64,000 bases of DNA from assembly GCA_951406725.2 (NCBI GenBank), contig OX597840.1, positions 36,642,001 to 36,706,000 of the forward strand, written 5' to 3'. The number at the start of each line of letters is the position of its first letter. Within the stretch, counting starts at the first letter, position 1. The notes under the pieces are model-generated. The model was given only the letters and a program-made list of their open reading frames with translations, made no database searches and had not been told where the DNA came from. This DNA comes from Octopus vulgaris (Eukaryota). Made by a program: the position numbers and the translations under genes. Below, piece after piece: positions 1-13,425 of this stretch.

Positions 1-297
1 CAGCTAAGGACATTGTTTTTTTTTCGACTACTTGGATTCTTTAGTGCGTATGTTTATAAAAATTCTGTTTAAACTGAGACAATGTGGTCCCTGTGTCATG
101 AAAGATTACGGTATTAATGGCAACAGAGCACATATGAATTAGTTCTTTCTAAAGAAAGGGTAAAACTAGTGGACGCTCGATAGGGGTACTAATGGTAGAG
201 GAAGCCAAGTTCCTTAAATTAAATCTATGAAGAGTGACCGTTTAGAAATGGCACTGTTTATGGCACGATGACGAGAAGCGTTGTTGGGATTTTGATA

Positions 298-597
298 TCT
301 TTGCTTGTATCAATTATTCGACTGTGGCCATGCTGGAACACCGATTTGAAAAGTCTATCGAACGAAACCACCCAAATACTCATTATATGAGTTCGGTATT
401 TCTTTCATTTTTCACTTTGCAGAATTACTAGCTTACAAAGAGGTAAAAAAAAAGCAACAGTGGTTCCAAATCCCCCCCCCCCAGGCATCGGTCAGCTGTG
501 GTCAAGGCGACTTGCTCAAGGGGCCGGGAAGTAGGACTGAACTTGAAGCTACATGATCGCAGAACGAACTTCTTCACCACACAGTTATGCCTGCACC
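298..597 (-). mobile_element. Old degenerate copy of tRNA-derived SINE family A
   Basis: Reverse-strand tail (gactgtggccatgctggaacaccg) and head (gacttgctcaagg...ggactgaac...accacacagttatgcctgcacc) match the intact copies at 35031 and 39186. Confidence 0.7.
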
Positions 598-987
598 AAG
601 CACTTTCACAGGAGATTACTCGATTATTGTAACCCTCCGCCCACTGATAATGTAGGGGTTTGCCTGTCAACCGAGCACCTACTTCACCAGTCACAGTGCA
701 ATGAGGTTGCATCCACGATGATGTAACTACGCTGAAACAGCAACAACAATAAGACGAATGTAAAATAAAAACAGACAAAAGCAACAAATATACTGGTGTA
801 TAAAACAATTGTATACTTCCTAACAAGGAGAAATAACCACACACACACACACACACGCACGCACACACACACACACACGCACACATATATACACTCGAAA
901 CAGACACTGGTGTGTATAGATACATAAACTATTGAAAGACTGTAGCATAAAACATGATAAAAGCAATAATAATAACAATAATAATTG

Positions 988-1031
<44 letters not shown>

Positions 1032-1518
1032 GATATGATGATGATAATGATGGTAACTAATGGCAACAGCAACAATAACAATAATGATAATAATAATGAT
1101 AATGTCGATAATAATACACATTATTATTGTTTGTGTTGTTTTCGTTGGTACAACAACAAATAACAATTGCAACAACAACAACGACAAACAACAGCATTAT
1201 CAACAACAAAGAAAAGCCTTTTGCAAAGATGCAGCACGCCCCGTGCCAGCCTTGCCCATCTCTACTCACATCTAAACAAAGCAAAAATATACGACAAAAA
1301 AAAAGAAAAAGAAAAAGTTAAATAGATATTTTAAATGTGTGTATATGTTACAATATACACCTAAACTCACACACACACGCACACACACCATTATATACAC
1401 TCGCAAGCCATTGCTTATGCTTTAAACATGTATAAGTACGTACGTATGGTATACATTTGAGTGTGAGTGTGTGTGTGTACAGCTACACACATATATACAC
1501 AGTACATATATATGTATG

Positions 1519-1560
<42 letters not shown>

Positions 1561-1608
1561 TATACATATATACATATATATATATATACATATACATATA
1601 TACACGTA

Positions 1609-1644
<36 letters not shown>

Positions 1645-1784
1645 CACACACAGATATATATTTATGCACAGAGATACGTACACACACATATAAAGAGCAT
1701 ACATACGTACATATGAATGTATATACACAAGAGTCTATAAATAGACATTTGCAAGTGTGTACACATATACACAAGTGCACGCAG

Positions 1785-1826
<42 letters not shown>

Positions 1827-2207
1827 GTGCGTGCGTGTGTGTGTGTGTGTGTGTTAGTGCTTGCAACCTTTCAGTTTTTGGAATATCTTCTTATTCCTGA
1901 CAACTAATCTAATAGCAAGTCAGAAAGATGGCGCTTCGGGCAAACAAAGCTGCACAAAAGTGCTTCAACACACACACACATAAACGCACACAGCCACACA
2001 CACACACACATACACACACGTGCGCACGTACACACACACCTACACACATATACACAGGCTCACACAAATACTATGCATATTTTCAGATAGATATTGAGTT
2101 CTCTAACTTGGTCCATGTAATTTTATTTACGGTATGTATGTATGTGCGAACATATATGTGCATATTTGTAAATATAAATTTTTGCTTATATATTTGTTTA
2201 TATATAC

Positions 2208-2241
<34 letters not shown>

Positions 2242-4209
2242 TCATTTATATGTATATATACTGATATAATACATACACACACACATATCTACGCAAATGC
2301 ATGCACATACATACATACTTACACACACACATACCTTACATGCGAAACATACACCTTTTAAACATAATCGAAATCATGGAATATTGGAAAGACGACAATG
2401 CATCGGTTTTATCTATTTATTCTCGTGGTTCCATGTTATTTGGGCGGTGGTGGTGGTTTCGTGTCATATATCCTTTAATAGAACTCTTATGTTTTTTCTC
2501 TCTTACATTAAATCTTAAATATACCGGAGAATCGTGGATTAGCTAAGACTGTAAAATGTCTGACAAAAATAGTTTGCAGTATTCTGTTACCTCCCTTTAC
2601 TTCCTCAGGTGAAATCCAACGGTGCTGAGCTTTGCCTTTCATCCTTCCGACAAAACAGTTACGTACCTGAGCCGCGCCTGAGCCAATACTGCGGTCCTCC
2701 ACTCTAAATCTAAGGCCATGTACTGAAGCCAGAAGACAATTGTACGACCTTTCAGAAAGAAGTCCGAGTCTACGGAAACGGTTTTTTTTATGAAACCGAA
2801 AAAGAAAGGTAAGGCTGTTAGACTTAAAATTTTGGTCCTGCCAGGGATATAATCACAACATCGCAACAATGCTGTACAAGAATATCTCGGAGATCTTAGT
2901 ATCAAGCGCCAAACTGCTTTTATATACATTGCAGTTATTGTTTTTGTCTCTCTCTCTCCACGGATCCAGGAGGCTTCTAAGCAATTTCGTTTTTAGGCCG
3001 CAACCCTCTAATCTTTATCTCAAACATTATCTATCTAGGACTACTATTATCTAATGTGCCTTTCACATGTTTCTCTTCCTCTTTGTGTAAAGCCTAGACC
3101 GAACCGGATTAGGCACAAACGTAATCAGAATGATTCCAATCGCTAACATCTTGCCGTATCTAAAGACATTGTCCATCAAGGACATTCTCAGATGGGTTCC
3201 TGTTTGTTATTTAATAGAGCCTACGAAAGCCCCGCACCAGAAGATCTATGATCAAAGGCATCTCAATCAAAACTGCCGTGCCTTTATTTTAGGCATAGTG
3301 TATCTAGGACTACATTAATCTTATGTGTCCTTTCATGTAGTTGTAGAGTGTTTTACGAGAGCGTCACTTAATAAATGGAATCTTGTAGACAAAAACTGTG
3401 TTGACGTCATGCGTATACATTCGTACGTACCTACGAACTTACGTACATTGATACATACATACGAATGTGTGTGTGTGTGTGTGTTCGTGTGTGTATGAAT
3501 GTATGCAGAAACATTTACGCAAACACACACACACATCTAAGAGTAACAGATACGCGCCTTGGCAAGAAATTTGATTAACAAAACTACTTCGTAATATTTC
3601 TTCTCTTCGAAGGGCACAGAAACTTTGTCAGTATCGCTACTTTAAAGACAGAAAACTAGAGATTTTGTTGATGGAAAACTTCAATATAGTCCAGGACAGT
3701 ATCGTCCTGGCACTACACGATGATATATAAATAGAGTAGAATCGAAACTAATCGGTAACAGAGTTATAAATATGTTAGTAGAGCAATATGCCGAAGAGAA
3801 TAGAAAGAAATTCGATGCAATATCCTCGGTATTCAGTACAAACAAACATTACATTATCTCTTTGTATGTTGCATCAACCAAGTGCGTTCTTGCAATAAAA
3901 TAGGTGAATATGTTATAAAGAAAACAAAGTCATCGATTACAATCCACGTCTTGTTCGCGGTCATAATCTAACATTAATATATTCCCAAAATATTTATAAT
4001 GAATTTCTAGAAAAACTGTTGCCGCACTTATGTACTTTATCAGAAATCGAAAGCGCTGAACAAAGTCCAACCGGTTAATGTGATCGATGTTTGTAGACTT
4101 GCAAGCACGCGATATATAAACCGTCTGACTTAAACAGCTGCAGTGGGTCAAATAGGAGAAGGCTGCATCAGTAAAACTGTTATTTATTAGCATTAAAGTT
4201 ACTGATGTA

Positions 4210-4606
4210 GGCGCAAGAGGGGCTGTGTGGTAAGTAGCTTGCTTACAAACCACATGGTTCCGGGTTCTGTCCCACTGCGTGGAAACTTGGGCAAGCGTCT
4301 TCTACTATAGCTTCGGGCCGACCAAAGCCTTGTGAGTGGATGTGGTAGACGCAAACTGAAAGAAGCCCGTCGTATATATGTGTGTGCTTATGTGTTTGTG
4401 TTTGCCCCCCCCCCCCAAGTCGCTTGACAACATATGCTGGTGCGTCTACGTCCCCGTAACTTAGCGGTTCGGCAAAAGAGACCGATAGAATAAATACTAG
4501 GCTTACAAAGAATAAGTCCTGGGGTCGATCTGCTCGATTGAAGGTGGTGCTATAGCATGGCCGCAGTCAGATGACTGAAACAAGTAAAAGAGTAAAGAGA
4601 GTAAAG
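4210..4606 (+). mobile_element. tRNA-derived SINE family A, full length
   Basis: Pol III A/B-box-like head (ggctgtgtggtaag...gggttctgtccc), internal (TG)n, tail ggtggtgctatagcatggccgcagtcagatgactgaaacaag followed by (taaaagag)n; more than 10 copies in this window. Confidence 0.9.
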
Positions 4607-4741
4607 CGTTCGAATAGAGAAGTCACTTACGTTTCGGAAACAAATCTTTCATCACGAAAAGAGAAAAGAGTCTTCAGCGTAGAAGTTTTGGCGAAAAGAA
4701 AACAGTGTACACACACCCACGCACATACACACCCACCCACG

Positions 4742-4799
<58 letters not shown>

Positions 4800-5145
4800 G
4801 AGAGAGAGAGTCATATATCTAAATATTTGTGTACGTTTGCTTTGATTTGTTGTTTTACTTTCATCATAGGAAACCTTAAACAAATACACAAACAAAAGAA
4901 AATAATGTAATAAACATGAAATATATAAATCACGTGACTGAAACCTACGGCTGTCACTTCTGCAACTCTTCAACCTCAGAGACAGAAATGTTATAACCAG
5001 CTGCATGAGCCGCGTGGTAAGAATGACGGATGGAATTGCGGATAAATATTTGCGTCGTTCCAATGAAAGTTATTTACTACACCCACCACACAAATAATAT
5101 ATGCATTTTTCAAATATAAATTAATACATATATATATATACATGA

Positions 5146-5194
<49 letters not shown>

Positions 5195-5196
<2 letters not shown>

Positions 5197-5590
5197 CTCT
5201 TTACTTTCTTTTACTCTTTTACTTGTTTCAGTCATTTGACTGTGACCATACTGGAGCACCGCCTTTAGTCGAGCAAATCGACGACAGGACTTATTCTTTG
5301 TAAGCCTTGTACTTATTCTATCGGTCTCTTTTGCCGAACCGCTAAGTTACGGGGACATAAACACACCAGCATCGGTTGTGAAGCAATGTTGGTGGGGGGG
5401 GGGACAAGCACAGACACACAAACATATAAACACACACACACGTATATATAAATGTGAATTTTTAATTATTTTCTGAGATTTTACAAAAACAACAAAAATA
5501 TATACGACGGGCTTCTTTCAGTTTCCGTCTACCAAATCCACTCACAATGTTTTGGTCGGCCCGAAGCTATAGTAGAAGACACTTGCCCAA
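5195..5590 (-). mobile_element. SINE family A, head-truncated
   Basis: Reverse complement of the 4210/35031 copies. Confidence 0.9.
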
Positions 5591-5769
5591 TGTATGTATG
5601 TATGTAGGTACACACACACACATTGAAAGACAAATAAAGGCTGACCTAATGACTATGGAGCACGGAATGAAGAATACACGAAAGGGATTATGTGACATTG
5701 TTTTTTAATATTGGTTTCGGGTGAGCCTTGTTTTATGCCGCAGCCACGTTTATACAGAATAAGGATCTT

Positions 5770-5921
5770 GTTGGTGTGTTTGTGTCCGCGTAACTTAGCT
5801 ATTCGGCATAGAGACCGATAGAATAAGTAATAGGTTTAAAAAGGGAATTCTTTGGGGTGAAGGCGGTGCTCCAGCATGGCTACAGTCAGTTGACTGAAAC
5901 AAGTAAAATAATAAAAGAATA
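5770..5921 (+). mobile_element. SINE family A, 3' half
   Basis: ggcggtgctccagcatggctacagtcagttgactgaaacaag tail. Confidence 0.8.
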
Positions 5922-6365
5922 TATGTATGTATGTTTGTGTGTATCCATCCGTCCATCCATCTATACACACACTCACTCACACACACATACACACACACAT
6001 ACATACACATACACACACTCACACACATATTGCTTCATCGGATGCAAATAACCATTATGCAGGATTCCTAAGAATCGAATTTCGATTCGTGTCGTCACTG
6101 ACACCTCACGAATCAATGATTGCACATATTATTAATTAATTATTAATTAGTGATGTAATAAAAGGCCTCGCTCTCTTCATTGTCATTGGCTATTATTGCA
6201 GAATCTCTGAGGATAATAGAGAATTTTCAGGCATGTGTTAACAAACGATCCCCGGATTACTCTCCGCCTAAAAGCCTGAACCCGTGGATAAACTTGATAG
6301 GGGAAACTCCAGAATTAACAGCCGAATGAAATATTACACACACACTCATACATGTATCGATGTGC

Positions 6366-6421
<56 letters not shown>

Positions 6422-6458
6422 CAATGAAAGAATGGAGTTGAACGACGAATTCACAAAA

Positions 6459-6557
6459 TTCCTTTATTTTCGACATATGTTTCGAAGGTTGCATATTCCT
6501 AATTTCGAAGGAATAAAGGGTGCATTATGCCGCCTTCTCATCAGGAAAAACAAGGAA
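6459..6557 (-). ncRNA. Type I hammerhead ribozyme with full consensus core (probably PLE pLTR-derived)
   Basis: Minus strand reads ttccttgtttttc CTGATGA gaagg...ccttc GAAA catatg TC gaaaataaaggaa: stem I 11/13 pairs, long stem II, palindromic stem III, GUC triplet. Confidence 0.85.
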
Positions 6558-6669
6558 CTTATATATATGTATATATATATATATCCTAGAAACAGCTGTA
6601 AGACCTTCTATCTATAAATGCTCTAATATCTATACAGCATTGGTTTTTATCTCATTACGCAAAAGATTC

Positions 6670-6708
<39 letters not shown>

Positions 6709-7230
6709 CATTCATCCACACACATACACATATGATAGGTGTCAACAACAGGTTAATCGAGTATGACTTTCCAATTGCAACGCTGACGACGGTGTACCTA
6801 TAAACGGGCCCAAAACTTGTGAAAACTAATAACAAGCAACTACGTGTGTACGTGTGTGCGTGTGTGTCTGCGTATGAGTGTGTGCATTTGTGTGTGTGTG
6901 TATTTGTGTAAGGGTGTATGTCTGTCTGTCTGTGTGAGTGCCTGACTTGGCTGTTGATTTGCGAACATAACCGTTCTTTGTGTAACCAATTCAATATACG
7001 AAGCTTGAGTAGTTTGTCTTGGCAATGATGGACGGCAAATACCGGACTCACTGACGGGAGAGACAGTCTTACATACCTGCATAAACAGATGCATACATGT
7101 GTGCATAGAAAGATATACACCCGTAAATATATATATATATAAATGCATACATGTATAATACACACACACATTTATCTATTTATGTATATATGTGTGCATT
7201 TATATCTATATCTTATGTATATTCTTATCA

Positions 7231-7308
<78 letters not shown>

Positions 7309-7380
7309 ATGTGTATTCAATATATATATACATATATGTATACGTACCGATATGTTTACAAATATTTATGTGTGTGTTTG

Positions 7381-7421
<41 letters not shown>

Positions 7422-7469
7422 CATGCAAACACACACACACACACACATATATTTGTAAGCATATCGGTA

Positions 7470-7520
<51 letters not shown>

Positions 7521-7869
7521 GTATGTATACATATACACATACATCTATGCTCCCTCCTGTCTTTAAGCATACAGAACAGACATGTACGTCAAAGTTTTCA
7601 CACAAGCAGAGAGAGACGCACGTACACAGGACCTCCGTCACTTCGTGATGGATAACATTAAGCGAGTGAGTCTTTTGTGTGTTAACTTCGTAACACACAA
7701 CTGTCTCTTTGTCAACATGACATGTCTTTAGGGAACTAAATCCCTCCCAACCTCCTCTCTTTCTCTCTCAACCAACATTCACAATGACTGTATAAAACAG
7801 CGACCTTTCTTGTATGTATGGTTCGTATTTGACTGTACACTTTCATTATTTATCTTTCATTATGTGTGT

Positions 7870-7913
<44 letters not shown>

Positions 7914-8436
7914 ATGTACACATATATATATACGCATACATACTCAGACACACGGAGACACACTCACACATACATATACGTTCGTATGGTTATAGGCAGG
8001 CCTTTTCGTGCATATACATGTTTGCTCGTCTTTATGTTCTTGTTGATGTTCTTGTTGATGTGTTACAATGAAGCGAGTACAGAGCTGAAAGGTTATCTCT
8101 CCTCCACCCGCCTTACCAGGTCGAAAAATGTAAGCTAACTCTCTCCCCTCCTCCCCTTCATCTCCCGCCCTTCCGCAAATCAATGTCAATAAAAACCCCA
8201 CTTATTCCTCCTTTCCCTAAATTGTCTCTTGTCTAGAATGACCAGCACTTGTCTAGAAACGTTTCTTGATTATACACCTACCTGTTTATCAACCTCCACA
8301 TCTAGCATTATTTCTTATCTACCTGTCCGTCTCCCTACATATTACCTTGACTATAATAATCGCCCACCTGCCTCTCTGTCAGCCTGCCTGCCCGTCTGCT
8401 TGTCTGTCTGTGTACCAAATCACCTATGTATGTATG

Positions 8437-8489
<53 letters not shown>

Positions 8490-8581
8490 GTCTGTCAGTC
8501 TATCTATCTATCTATCTATCTACCTACATACCTATCTGTCTGTCTGTCTATCTATCTATATATATCTATCTATTTATCTAC

Positions 8582-8627
<46 letters not shown>

Positions 8628-8705
8628 GTCTACCTATCTACCTACCTACCTATGTATCTATCTATCTATATATCTATCTACCTACCTACCTACCTATGTA
8701 TCTAC

Positions 8706-8742
<37 letters not shown>

Positions 8743-9054
8743 CCAACATATTTACATAATATATCTACAATCGACATTGTTACAGTGAAGCAGAGAAACG
8801 GTGAAACAGCGAAGCGTTGGACAGATGTGAAAGCTAAGTGACTAAAAAATGTATTTTTAGTATACTTCAGAAATGTTTAGAAAATCAACATTATTTTGGT
8901 AAAACCTGCTTCAAAACAGAGATACAGAGGCTGACTACCAGTCCCTCTTTCAATAATCGTGAACACGCCAAGCAAAATGCTGCATTTTGTCTGGTGTAGT
9001 ATCGCTTCTGCCAGCTCGTCTCTCTCTCTCTCTCGCCTCTCTCACTCTGCATGC

Positions 9055-9109
<55 letters not shown>

Positions 9110-9136
9110 AATGTAATATGTGATAATTATTCGGTA

Positions 9137-9206
9137 GCCATGATAAAACTCAGAGTTTCGAATGACGGGGCGGAAACCCACGCCGCCATCTCTTCAGTTA
9201 ACCGGC
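9137..9206 (-). ncRNA. Type I hammerhead ribozyme (GUU triplet) in a PLE-like terminal repeat island (about 9106-9220)
   Basis: Minus strand reads gccggttaa CTGAAGA gatggcgg...ccgtcattc GAAA ctctgag TT ttatcatggc; stem I imperfect; flanked by (TA)n. Confidence 0.65.
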
Positions 9207-10047
9207 AATCGGAAAAAAATCATATATGTATGTATATATGAATGTATGTATGTATGTATGAATCATATCCTCAGGTTATGCTACAAAAAACCCCAAACAT
9301 CTACCCCCTCCCCTCAAAAGAAAAACAACCAGCAATGAATTGACCTTTTCATTCCATTCACCATAAAGAAATTGTTCTTTGACACCTTTGTTCATTCAGT
9401 ACATTTTCTCATTTTATTTTCTCATTTATATAAATTGCTTACGCAAAGAAATTGTATCTTCTCTTTAAATGTCGCCTGTTTTTTATTTCTTCCGTCTTCG
9501 ACACAAACTGCTAATCTAATTGCGACGGTATAATTGACGACGTAAGGTGAGTATGTCTCCTATAAATATGATCAAGCGTTGTCTTCAATGAATCATTTTC
9601 ATTTGCTTACTTATTATTATTCATATGCAGACCGATTGACCTCCGTTTGGCTGTCGCAATTTATTTTATTACTTTAGGCATGCGTTTGCGCGCGGGTTTA
9701 ATTAAAATTTGTCTTTGATTCATTCACGCTGGTCTCCAACCAAGTGACGAGATCTCGTTTTGCTTCAATCAAAATCGTGCAGGGATTTTGTGGGTTCACC
9801 GGACGTGAGTTCACAAATGGGAAGACGTAAAGCAATCCCGGAAAAAGTCGTTTTCTAAGAGTTCTGGACAAAACAAACGTGTTAAGGGATAAAACTGCAT
9901 CCAATAAGAATTTTTTAAATTTGAGCTCAGGATGCAAAGATGATCGAAGTCCATATACAGAGTCGGTCTGCGAGCCCCTCTTTCAATACTCGTGACAACC
10001 CGGGCCCAAATTTCTTGGTTTCTCTTTTATATTGTTAACTCCTGCAG

Positions 10048-10206
10048 GAGTGGAAAACAAAGTTGACGATGACTTGATGAAATCTGAACCCAGAGGTGTA
10101 ACTATACAACACAAGGAGGCATTTCTGCTCACTGCTTTACCAATCCTTCCAAACAACAACAACAACAACAACAACATAAGATTAATAACAACAGCAACAA
10201 TGAAAG
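10048..10206 (+). other. Possible internal coding exon of an unknown host gene (weak)
   Basis: Pyrimidine-rich acceptor tttctcttttatattgttaactcctgcAG, donor aag|GTaaat, 159 nt, open frame, phase 1-1; no recognisable homology. Confidence 0.2.
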
Positions 10207-10498
10207 GTAAATAGAAAGATAGATAGATCGATAATCAAAATTGTATGCATTGAGGATAAAAGAAAAATCAAACAATAATTCGGTTATTCTTGGATTCTGC
10301 AAGGCTTAGAGTTGCTAATGGTACGAACAGTAGGGAACCAAGAGCTAAATGTGTCTGTGGCAGGAAGGGAAAAGGGGAGGCGGGGGGAAGGAGTTGATGT
10401 ATAATCCAAGATTGATTAAAAACAGAAGAGTGGCATCCAGTGAGGAAGTAATTTACATCGCATTTTAGGATTTATATATACACAAACACACGCTGTCA

Positions 10499-10575
<77 letters not shown>

Positions 10576-10859
10576 ACTTATCTATCTCTGTCTGTTTGTC
10601 TCTGTCTGTTTGTCTATCTCCCTATAGATATAAAAGTTGTTTGTAAAGTGTATGTATAAATGTGAAAAGCGAACGGAGCCATTGTTGGCGAAGAGGCGTG
10701 AAGTTTTCCGATCAGCAGAGGATTATCTGCGGTGGTGGCGGTTTTGGGTGGTGGCGGTTTTGGGTGGGTGCGTCTGACAGCTTGACCATCTTTTTAGCTT
10801 TTTCTGATCTACGTGCCACAAAGAATCGTACGTGTCAGATATATTATTATTAAAACGCG

Positions 10860-12330
10860 AGTTTCATAGAAGAAATCATCTTTGTGTGTGGATGTCTGGA
10901 AATTGAGTGAAGATCAAATAAAATCTTTAGTGTAAACACAATAGAAGGATTAAGAGAAGAAGATATTAGCATGGCGGTTGGGATTAAAATTTGTCGACTT
11001 TTAAATGATGGAAAAGAAAAAGAAAAAGATAATGAAGAGTAATGGGCTAACATTATAGAAGATAAAGAAATCATAAAACAGGTAGATGTGTAGAAGGTTA
11101 GAAATATATTCTGGGATAAAAGAGACAATATAAGGTGAACTAACGAACGTGATGGAATATTTTTAAAGCGGCTTGGAATATTTCACAAGGTGAATTTTAG
11201 TATTAAAATCTAAGCTAAATTGAAAAAGTAAAATTCTAGCCATTAACACAAAATAGTATTATTTCTTTGGAAGTATAGCAGAGGAATTTTAAACTGGAAT
11301 GAAGAAGAGAAGTAAGTATATAAAACAGCAGAATGAATCCTTGTTTGCTGCTGTTAGACTTAACAATACAATTCCTACCGAAAATTTGATGCAGCCCCAA
11401 ACATTTAAGAAAGAAGATGAAGAAAGAATGAACAATTGGAAAATGAAATTACTGTATGGGAAATACGTCAGAGAAATCGAAGGAAAAGACAAGACCAACA
11501 TTTGGATATAGCCAATAAGAAGTGATCTGAAAGGATGCACTAACTGAGGCATTGATATGCAGCGCCTAGGAACAGGCTCTGAGAACTGATTACACCAAAT
11601 TCCAAATAGATAAGAGCAGTGAATCGTCCCTTTGTAGGATGTGTGGCAGCAAAGGCGAAACAACCTCGCATACTGTGAGTGAGTGAGTGAGTGTAGCAAG
11701 CTGGCCTAAAAGCACTACAAGAGAAATCACGGTAACGTGGCAAAGTTTGTTGACGAGAGACTCTGTGAAAAGTACGGCCTGAACATGAACCAGAAGGGGG
11801 TCACTGAGGACAAGATATTGTGAGATTTTACAATCCAGTGTGACCCCTTAATTGATGCTCGGAGACAAGGCCTTGATGTGGTTGATAAAGGAAAAAATGA
11901 AACCAAGATCATAGATACTGCAATATCAGGGGTTGCGCGCATAAGTGACAAAGAACTAGAAAAGATTGAAAATTATAAACTACCAAAAGACGAAATTGCA
12001 AGAATGTGGACTATGAGGAGAGTGTCTGTCATTCTAAAAGTTGTAGGGGCACTCGGAAACCCTAACAACCATGTTCAAAAAATATATTAGAGAAATCGGA
12101 ATTGACACGAGAGCAAGCAAGCTCCCCAAAACTGCCTCTCCTAGGGACAGCTAGGATCTTGAGATTGGTACTTGGGTTATTGAATGTCTTCCACGATAAT
12201 TAACGACCAATTATCAAAGACTACAATATGCGTAAAGAGACCCTGTGAGTCCTGATAACAGGCTGCTGTCCGCCTTCACAGAATGAACCAGAGCAAACAA
12301 GACTGAGTTCTGAGAAGTAAAAAATAAAAA
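10860..12330 (+). mobile_element. Decayed R4/Dong-clade non-LTR retrotransposon (RT C-terminus, CCHC, restriction-like endonuclease)
   Basis: Broken frames give WKMKLLYGKY, EQALRT, CRMCGSKGETTSH..C, IIDTAISG..ISDKELEKIENY and VVGALG, typical of R4/Dong RLE LINEs. Confidence 0.85.
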
Positions 12331-12334
12331 TAAA

Positions 12335-12461
12335 TCTTTTCCACTAAAGGCACAGGGCTGAACTTTTGGGGGAGCGGGAGTAGTCGATGACATCAACCCT
12401 CAGTGTTTAACTGGGGTTGATGTTCCCGAAAGGATGAAAAGCAAAGTCGACCACGGCGGAA
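12335..12461 (-). mobile_element. SINE family B fragment
   Basis: cccgaaaggatgaaaagcaaagtcgaccacggcggaat matches the 47780-48168 element. Confidence 0.65.
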
Positions 12462-13143
12462 TAACCATAATATAATCCGAGTCCATTCACCTTGATAACT
12501 TTAAGCGACTCGTCTCTTCCCTCCACCACCCTCTACCCAGTGACCACCCCCTACAGTAGCTGTAGCTTCAGGCTGTATGTTGACTGGTGGTGAATAAACA
12601 ATGCTTTGACAGTTGTATATATTTGCTCATTGTCAAAGTATGCGGTTATTGTAAATAGAACAGGTGAAGGTTGATGGACGCGTTAAGACTGTTTCTGAGC
12701 GTTTGTCAGCTTTGGAGAGGGGCGGATTGGGATGATAGTGGCGGCGGCGGCGGCGGTGGTGGTGGCGGCGGCGGCGGTGGTGGTGGTACAGTGTGGTGTG
12801 GAGATGGTGGTCGTATTTGATTTTCCTATTGTGGTGATTGTGTGGTGGTGATGGTGGTCGCGGCGGCGGTGGAGGTGCAAGCGCGTGTATAAGTGTTTGT
12901 GTGTGCGCGTGTGTGCGTGGGCGCGTGGGAGATTTTGATATGCTTGTGTAGAAAAGGCAGTGAAGGCGGCGGCGGTGGTGGTGGTGGTGCGATTTTGCGT
13001 AGAAATGGTGTGATGTGATGAACGGTGGTGGTGGTGGTGGAGTGTGGTGATGTATGTATGTGTGGTAGTGCGTTTGGGATTTTTGCGCGTTTGTGTGTGT
13101 GTGCGTGTGTGTGTGTATATGTATATATGTGTGTGTGTGATAT

Positions 13144-13345
13144 CTTTTTACTTGTTTCAGGCATTAAACTGCGGCCATGCTGGGGCATCGCTCCAAAGGG
13201 TCTAGTCGAACAAATCGACCCCAGGACTTATCATTTTTAAGCCTAGCACTTATTCCATCGGTCAGTAAGTTACGGGGATGTAAACAAACCAGTGCCGGTT
13301 GTCAAGCGGTAGTGGCGGACAAACATATACACAAAGACAAGACAC
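13144..13345 (-). mobile_element. SINE family A, 3' half
   Basis: tacttgtttcag...ctgcggccatgctggggcatcg tail on the reverse strand. Confidence 0.8.
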
Positions 13346-13425
13346 AAGCAAAGACAGAATATTTCTTTGACGAACGGTTCTGTAGAAAACGGTAACAATT
13401 CTGCTCTTGGTTAAGGTGTGTGTAT

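Noticed and set aside
2555-2615. Minus-strand CTGAGGA agta...tact core-like motif
   Set aside because: GAAA box interrupted and stem I absent
9540-9553. Strong splice donor aag|gtgagt
   Set aside because: No nearby upstream acceptor or open exon to pair with it
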